From the NCBI GenBank assembly GCA_964016885.1, contig OZ024742.1:77128001-77192000 (forward strand): DNA of 64,000 nt. Reading direction: 5' to 3'. Origin of the DNA: Eledone cirrhosa (taxonomy: Eukaryota). Positions within the stretch are counted from its first letter, which is position 1; each line of letters begins with the position of its first letter. Below, one piece after another: positions 55,876 through 64,000 of the stretch. A program made the position numbers and the translations under genes. The notes beneath the pieces are model-generated. The model was not told the origin of the DNA. It searched no databases and saw nothing but the letters and a program-made list of their open reading frames with translations.

Positions 55876-56503
55876 ATTTAGTGTTAAGTTACTAATATTT
55901 CTGTTTAAATAAATTATAATAATGATTGAAATGCTAGGGATTTTTTTTTTTTCCATAATTGTTATTATTTTACCATTGAATTTTATCTATTTCTAGTGTA
56001 TTCTTTCGTCCGTAGGGAGATCTATTGTTGGATCATTTCTGTTTTTCTCACATTGTGACCATTAATTTCGTCTGCTAAGCTTCTTGCAGCTACAGTGTTC
56101 CTTATATTTCCTTTCATTTGTATCTTTCAATGTGTTGTCCGGCATCGGGTTTGGTTTGTCAGTATTTTGTATTGCCTTTTGTTGTATTTTGTGGAAAGGG
56201 GGCCGAACTATATTTATCGACAACGTAAGTTAGGGTTTGTAAGTGTGAGTGTGTGTATATTCCTTAATATACGTTCTCGCTGAATATACTTTTGTCCCCG
56301 CTCCATAATTATTCTGTCTCGAGCGGACAGGGCAGATACACATGTTTGCACATGTAGGCGCACAGATATATATAATCAATCACTAGGCCAGATATCTACA
56401 TACACAAGCACACGAAGCCACTCCCACAACAAAGCATATATTTCGTAGAAAGTTCTTTACAGTTGGATAAACAAGGTATGCCCTTATTTGGACTAAATGG
56501 CAA

Positions 56504-56567
56504 CTCCTGATGAGACAGCAAGTTACCCGTTAATTCAGTCTGGAACTAACTGTTGAAACGGCAAGAG
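56504..56567 (+). ncRNA. Decayed hammerhead of family X, non-folded form
   Basis: ctc-CTGATGA-gacag...ctgtt-GAAA-cggc-AA-gag, followed by cgggtcctgactc...actacccaactatcgagta, homologous to the family X tail. Confidence 0.6.
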
Positions 56568-57142
56568 ATCAACCTTCGGGTCCTGACTCATTCATATATC
56601 CATACTCTACTACCCAACTATCGAGTATCTGGCGAAAAATGGGCTAACCAGTTTGTAACCTAGTCCATGCAGATTTATATTAATATATGTATATATATTT
56701 ATTCATTTATTATGCTGGTTGCTCTGGAGTAAATGCTCAATAACAGAGGCACTATTTATAGAAGATTCAATGGAGCGTGGTGGATAGTTGTATTTGACTT
56801 GGGGTATTGGGACTAGAAAGAAGGGAGCAAGGAAATGAGAAAGGTGACGAAAAGGGAAATAAAAGAACTAAGTGAAATAAGGTAGGTTTAGACATCGTGT
56901 GTGCGGTGATGATGACAATACAGTTAATGATATCAGTTATTAAGAGGTGTAATAGTTGGAAAGTTTATACTCTCTGCACTATGGAAGATTTAGCCTTGTC
57001 TGATAGTTCTGTGAGCGCGCTGTTATGTAGCGACGCTCACTAGGTAACTATAATATTTAAACTCTACTTCAATATATACATATATATTACAACATATAAG
57101 TTTAAGAAAACAATTTTTGATATATATATATATATTTATATT

Positions 57143-57197
<55 letters not shown>

Positions 57198-57967
57198 GCG
57201 TGTGTGTGTGTTGTGTTGTGTGTGTGTGTGTGTGTGTGTGTGCGTGCGGTTGTCTGATTAGGTTGAAGAATTGGCTTTTGAATTTGAAGACCATTTTAAA
57301 TTTGAAATAATTTCAGTTAATCTCAGTGATTTGTTGAATAATTTTAATTAAATTCCAATTGACATTTTCAGAAATGATAATTCCAGAGATATTTTAATGC
57401 TATCGACATTATATTTTAAGATATTTAGTTGTTATTATATTTCGAGTTATTCATTGCACTTACTGTTTTCTAATATCATATAATAAATCACATATCATAT
57501 ACATTACGCTGCTTTGCACAACTATGAGAGACCCACTAATTGTTACAGAAACAGAAATTAAATCAAGATCTAGGGAGTGTAATTTTCTATGGTTTACTTT
57601 AATATTATATTATTGTTAACAAATAGTTTTATCACTCTACATGGGTGAATACAAGAAATGTAAATCTGAGATTTTCGAATATTAATAATAATATTCAATT
57701 CGTTTGCAATTATGTAAACAGCCTAATTGAGCCATTTGAGGAAAATGACCCTATCATTCTTGTCATTGAGTTGTATACGATGTAGTTACCGTGTTGTGTT
57801 TGATATTAAATGTTATGCTGGTGGTGTGTAGACCAATATGTTTAGACATTATATATATAGTTTTTCTTTGGAGGGTCATGCTGCAATAAATACACACGCA
57901 CCTGTTTTAACTAAAACAAGACGGCGTATGACAGAACAACGGAGATACATAAAACGACAACAAATTT

Positions 57968-58014
57968 AGTCACTGAGGAGGTCACAGATTGTGTGACTAA
58001 AGATATTTGATGAC
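57968..58014 (+). ncRNA. Inactivated relative of the 21-65 hammerhead
   Basis: agtca-CTGAGGA-ggtcacagattgtgtgac-TAAA...tgac; GAAA is mutated to TAAA. Confidence 0.55.
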
Positions 58015-58865
58015 AATCAACAACTAAACACACACCCGGAGTGTATAATTTTATGTTTTATTCACTTGTTGGTTGCCCAAGATTGAGGTATCACAGAAAA
58101 TAATATTGTCTATTTTGATTCAAATAAAAAGGTCTCGTAGGAGATATTTGCTTATGTATGCAACGATATAATGTTGGCGCAGGATCTTCTTCCTGTAAAA
58201 TGCAGGTAAAAAATATTTAACAAGAGCGATGGGGAGAGAGAGAGGGAGATATATAGAGAGAGTGTGATATGGATAGAGAGGTAGAGAGGAAATGGGAGAA
58301 TGGGAGAGAGGGAGAGAAGTAAGAGAGAATGAGAGAGAATTTAGAATGTTTTATGTTTTATGCATTTGGTTTTGGTTATGCTGATGGCTGTCATATTTAC
58401 TTTCCTTTACTTGACATTGTAATTACTTTTGACGTTATTCTGTGTCTGATAAAAATAGAGCCTTGCTTCGGTATATTTTCATTTGTTCTTTCCATTAATA
58501 TTTATAACACACAAACATACACACATAGCCAAACACAGAAAAACACATACATGCGTGTCTACATAATATTGTTTTCAAGTTGATATTGAGCCAATTAAAT
58601 CACACTTATTTACTGACTTCTTAACACATGCATCAAGAACATAAATACATATACTTATTCTATCAAGGGAGTGGATGTGTGTAATTGAATATTGATGTAT
58701 ATTGTAAGTCAATCCCGGTTCTGTATAAAACAAAAACATATGAACATTTGTTTCAGTAATTAATGCTGAACAATAAATGATTGATCTACGCTCTATCACC
58801 GATATACAGTATAGAGGACAACACAATGAGTCATATATGTGTGTGAGTGTGTGTGTGACGGTGTA

Positions 58866-58908
<43 letters not shown>

Positions 58909-58918
58909 ATGTGTGTGC

Positions 58919-58967
<49 letters not shown>

Positions 58968-59011
58968 CACTCATACATACGCACACACACACGCACACGC
59001 ACACACACACT

Positions 59012-59044
<33 letters not shown>

Positions 59045-60351
59045 GTATATATGTGTGTGTGTGTGTGAGTGTTTACTCAATCATATATTCAAACATGCAC
59101 ATTACATTTATTAATGCACTAAGTGGCGAAAAGGTAGATGAAATAATATTAAATAATTTATATCCATAGAGTTGATGCAGCTGAAATAAATTAAACGCTG
59201 AAACTCACACACTCTCCAAGTGTTCTACCAATGCATACCATGATAATGAAAATATATTCTACTGTAAGCACAAAGTTACGAGCTTGGTACGAAAGGAGAT
59301 GACTCTATACCCACCTCAGGAATAGATTGATGTTTTATTATATCGACATTGGAATGGAGCAAACCAAAAGCGATCCCAGTGATATTTGAATTGAAAGTTT
59401 AAGTAAATATCGCAATGCATTGTAACTTGAGCTCTAACAATATTGCCAATCTACACAAAACCTGTTCAAGTTATTCGCCCACAGTGTTATCAATATGTCC
59501 GTCACTGAATCTATGTCGTATCAACCATAATGATATCTGTATTGACAACTACGGCTGAAATTGACAGGACAATACCAAAGAACATGGAATGTGGGGATTT
59601 ATATCAATTTATTATACAGAAAAGTCACGGATAAGAAACTATCAATAAATTTATCGCAATACATTTCTCCAATAGCCAGAACACTACTCAAGGCTTATTT
59701 CGTTACCACTATGATCGTAAAGGTTTCGCATTCTTCTAAGAAGCTTCCGATCGGAGGTTTTTGACACAATCATAGTGACGTCATCAGCATGTTGCGACAC
59801 CTATCTTTTTTGTCCGGATTGGAGCGGCACACCTTTCAACTTTCGCCGGAGTGTCAGCACATACAGGGGAAAACAACAAACAATCTGGGGTGGACGCGTA
59901 GACGCGCCAGGTAAAACAAGCAATAATAATGATAAAGATGAAAATCCTGAAAAGTGATGATGAGAGTCCAAAAAGGAAACTGGCTTGATTGAATGTAAAG
60001 CTGAAAACGTAGGATTAGAAACCATATCAGATATAATGTTTTTTTAAATGAAACGCTAAGCCCTCGACAAAGAATATCGACGCCGATGAAGTGTTCACAG
60101 AGAAACATCTAAAAGGCACTGATTGTTTAAGTTTAATAGATTTGGTGATTCTACAAAATCTTTTAATTGTATGAAACCTTTTGGAAGTATTAATATTAGG
60201 CATCTTCAGAAGGTATCTTTATTTGGAACTCCACTAATCTATCGCATAATTTGGATAAACAGTCACGTGTTTCCTTAATCTACCGGTTGTAGACAGCTAA
60301 GAAGTATTTCCTTTCTCCAGCAAATTCAGCTGAAAGATAATGTTCAATAAT

Positions 60352-60535
60352 AATTGTTTCTACTTTAGGCACAAGGCCAGCAATTACCCAGTGTATTACT
60401 GGTACGTTATTTTATCGACTCCGTAAGGATGAAAGGCAAAGTTAACCTCGGCGGGATTTGAACTCAGAATGGCAAGGACCGTAATTCTATGCGTCAAAGC
60501 ATGGCGTCCGACCCTCTACCGATTCTGCCAATCCA
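60352..60535 (-). mobile_element. tRNA-derived SINE copy
   Basis: Reverse of the 10512 family, well preserved. Confidence 0.88.
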
Positions 60536-62941
60536 AATAAATTATATATTAAACACAGGTACTTGCACATAGTAATATAGTAGATATTATAATTATGTGT
60601 TAAAATTCATTTGTGGATGGATGATTATAGTTATATAGAAAAAAAACAATTTCATAACATTTGAAACAAATATGAAAATTAACACCAGACAGTAATTGTC
60701 ACATGTTAAGGCATAACATATGAAATCAATTAGGGTCACTTACCCACACGTAGATAGGATAATTAGATAATTCGAGTCAGAAGAACCATTGTACCTGTTC
60801 TGTTCTCCTGTCATGATTCATATACCTCCCGGGATCACCGAAATACCCCGTAATGATTTGGATGGAGACGTCATCAACAGGCCCACCCAGATTTTCTGGA
60901 AAGAAATACTTTGAATATTCCTATATTTCTTTTGGTTCTCAATATTTTGCATGGAATTTCCTCCTTAAATTCCTATATTGTTATGGTGTTTATCTAACGG
61001 GCATGTACATGTGGGAATTATGCAACTTAGCTTAAACCTCTAAGATTTCTGTCAGAATTGCACTTTTATAATAATTATATTTCTGTTTCTTCTTTTTTTT
61101 TACTCGTGTTCCAACATTCTCCCTTCCTTTTACAAGCTATATTTTGTTTTTAACGTCTCCAATAGATGCTGTGGTAATCGTAAGAGAAGGAATTGCATCA
61201 TTTTCCTCTCTGAGAACAAGCGTAAGGTAAATTTCTCTACTGTCTCAGAATTACTTAGGAGTGACTTGGCACCGTCTACTTCAGGAACCAAGGAAAGATA
61301 TTTGTAACATTTCTCGGAAATGGATATGGGGGTTTGCCTGTTGATGTTACACACTATGTAGCCCCCATGACATTGTTAATTCATTATTTTTCCATATATT
61401 TCGTACGTACAAGATATAACCCACCGACTCTCTATCTCCTAACTACCTTCGAAAAATGGGCTGGATAAAATATACAGACATTGGCCGTTACATTAGTGAA
61501 GCAATAGAACTCTTGGTGTATTGGTTTTAGTTAAGCAATGAAGCTTGTGTCTTTGAGGGTTCCAACAGATTTCCGGGGAATTAATTATCTATGTATATAT
61601 ATGGGCCAACCTACTCTATGTTGTAAATTATGTTCCCTTTTATGACATATCCCTTGCACAACCTGAAGAGTATCCAGGTTTGACGTGCCAGCATATTCCC
61701 TGTCCACAATGCCACTGAACTTGAGACCATTACAATTTTTACAACCGAGTGGGGCATCAAATCTGCTTGCCCTATATTTAGAAAGCAAGCACAGCATTCT
61801 ATATACCACGACGTACGTCGCTGAAGTGTTCAATAAGATATAGATACCGCCTTCCGATAGTTTGAAAATGCAAATATATGCGATCTTCCATTTTACCCGC
61901 TTCCGAAGAAAGATATCTTCTAGAGGCTGCGTATTCAGCAACATAGCGTTTGTCACGTCCGTTTTCATATTTTCCTTTGAGTTGCTCAAATTGTGTGACG
62001 CTTTAAAAATGACGAAATCACGTTCGTGGTACTCTCGTTGTTGGACGTATTAGTTTTATTTTCACGTAATAATTTCAACACCATTACCTTGAATATATGT
62101 TTGAGACATCTTGTATATGTATAGCCAACTGTTGATACACAAATTTGTGTAAATAGTTTAAATTGTGTGAACAAAAATATTTTCTCTGGGACTTGGTGCA
62201 GACGGTAACTTGATCGGAATATTCTGCTGGTATAATGAAATATTTCCACGGAGTCCCATGAGTGTCTGCCACACTCGGTGACAATAACAGCAGCAACAAA
62301 TGCAGAAAAAAAGAACATTGAATGAGATTTAAAATTGAAATATGATGTAGCAGGTAAAGAAGATATAACCATTCGAATACGATACTAAATGCCACACTGT
62401 CCTCCAAAAAACAATTCCTTTCTACGTACAGGAATTAATATGTGATGGATAATGTAAGCTAACAATATGGCCACAAACCATTGTAATGTTGGAAAGCGCT
62501 GTAGGTGTGGGTGCGTGCGACAAGTGATTTTGAATTTGTTGTATACTTTTCTTCACTAATACTGCAAAAGAATCAATACATGGCGGCAAATGTCTGTAAT
62601 GGAAGTAAATCACGTAATTGATAGCCAACCGTCTTTCAGATGACATTCTATCTCTCTTGTTTTACTCTATCATTAAAACAAAGCCTATTGACTCTTTTGT
62701 TTCATTCTTTCTCTCCTATATTTTCTTTGCATTCAATGTTGAATTGCGCTTCTAATATATCGTATTTCGTATCAATATTTTCTGCATATTCTCTTCTTTG
62801 ATGTCTCTTCTCTCCTTTATTCTTTCTCTTTTTCCCACTCACCCTCCCCTCTTTCTCCCAATTACCTTATACACGCACACAAACACACACGCAGTCACAC
62901 ACACACATACATGTGTGTGTATATATATATATGTATATATA

Positions 62942-62983
<42 letters not shown>

Positions 62984-63510
62984 GGTAGCACCATGAGAGC
63001 GTTTAAGGATAATAGAGGTATATGAAAACATATATCTAATATATATAGTACGTTTATCTACAACGAACATATGGGTAGCCTCATTGTCGAAGAAAAATAT
63101 TCTTTTCGTAACCAAATGAAACGTAAAAAAATGAATAGTATAACCACATCACTATATCATGGGGAATTATGACGATATAAGGACACATAAAAATAAATCT
63201 AAAGGAGTGCAAATATAAATTCACCATCGTTAGAATAGAGGAATAGTATAGCCACTACGTATAACGGGTGTAAGAAACAATAGAAGACACACGCACGCGC
63301 TCAAAAATATGCTGTAGAATCAAAATATAAAATCACCCATATACACAAATGCGTAGAACTACCATCATAGAAGCGCGTGGAATTAATAGGAATCAACTAT
63401 ACGAAGGTCACAATATGTGAGGCGAAAGAGGTTGGACAAATAAATATGACAATTAACCAACTATCCATATACTACCCTAAACGCGGAAAGAAATAGGTAC
63501 CTAAATAATA

Positions 63511-64000
63511 AATGTTTCTACTTTTAGCACAAGGCCAGCAATTAAGCAGTGCATTACTGGTACTTTATTTTACCGAACGCGTAACGATGAAAGGAAAAGT
63601 TAACCTCGGTGAGATTTGAACTCAGAATGGCAAGGGCCGTAACTCTATGCGACAAAGCATATTATCCGACCCTCTACCGATACTGCCAATCCACCGCCCC
63701 TAAAATAATTGTTTCTACTTTTGCACAAGGCCAGCAATTACCCAGTACATTAATTGTACTTTATTTTATCAACCTCGTAAGGATGAAAGGCAAAGTTAAC
63801 CACGGCTGGATTTGAACTTAGATCGTAAAGGGACGTAACTATGCTGGAAATCATGTCCAAACCTCTACCGATACTGCCAATTCACCTAGCCCTAAAATAA
63901 TTGTTTCTAGTTTTGGCACAAGGCCAGCAATTACCTAGTACACTACTGGTACTTTATTTTATCGACCCCGTAAGGATGAAAGGCAAGGTTAACCTCGGCG
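63511..64000 (-). mobile_element. Three head-to-tail SINE copies (third cut by the window end)
   Basis: 63511-63698, 63707-63890 and 63899-64000, each preceded by cctaaa(a)taa. Confidence 0.88.

Overview
AT-rich, repeat-saturated animal genomic DNA with no recognisable host protein-coding exon. A cephalopod (octopus-like) origin is inferred from the SINE family and the extreme (TA)n load. Most ORFs in the supplied track are (TA)n/(CA)n artefacts (YIYI/HTHT). The real coding remnants are all retroelements: three decayed Penelope-like elements (PLEs; RT and/or GIY-YIG), one nearly full-length RTE-clade LINE with three lesions, smaller RTE fragments, and an internally deleted L1/Tx1-like LINE. 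There are also more than 10 copies of a tRNA-derived SINE, one CORE-like SINE and a TA-flanked MITE. The main hidden structure is a set of short non-coding fold-back (inverted-repeat) elements, mostly anchored in (TA)n tracts. Most carry a type I hammerhead ribozyme (HHR) motif: about 30 motifs in roughly 12 sequence families, found by eye. They include U3-A8 covariant cores, a conserved CAGAAGA core, HHRs with 55-80 nt stem II insertions, and a 316-bp tandem retrozyme-like array. Several copies fold back exactly at HHR stem II. One fold-back family carries a tRNA-like cloverleaf instead of an HHR and is a candidate PLE-mobilised SINE. All structures were read manually, with no folding or database search, and ribozyme activity is untested.
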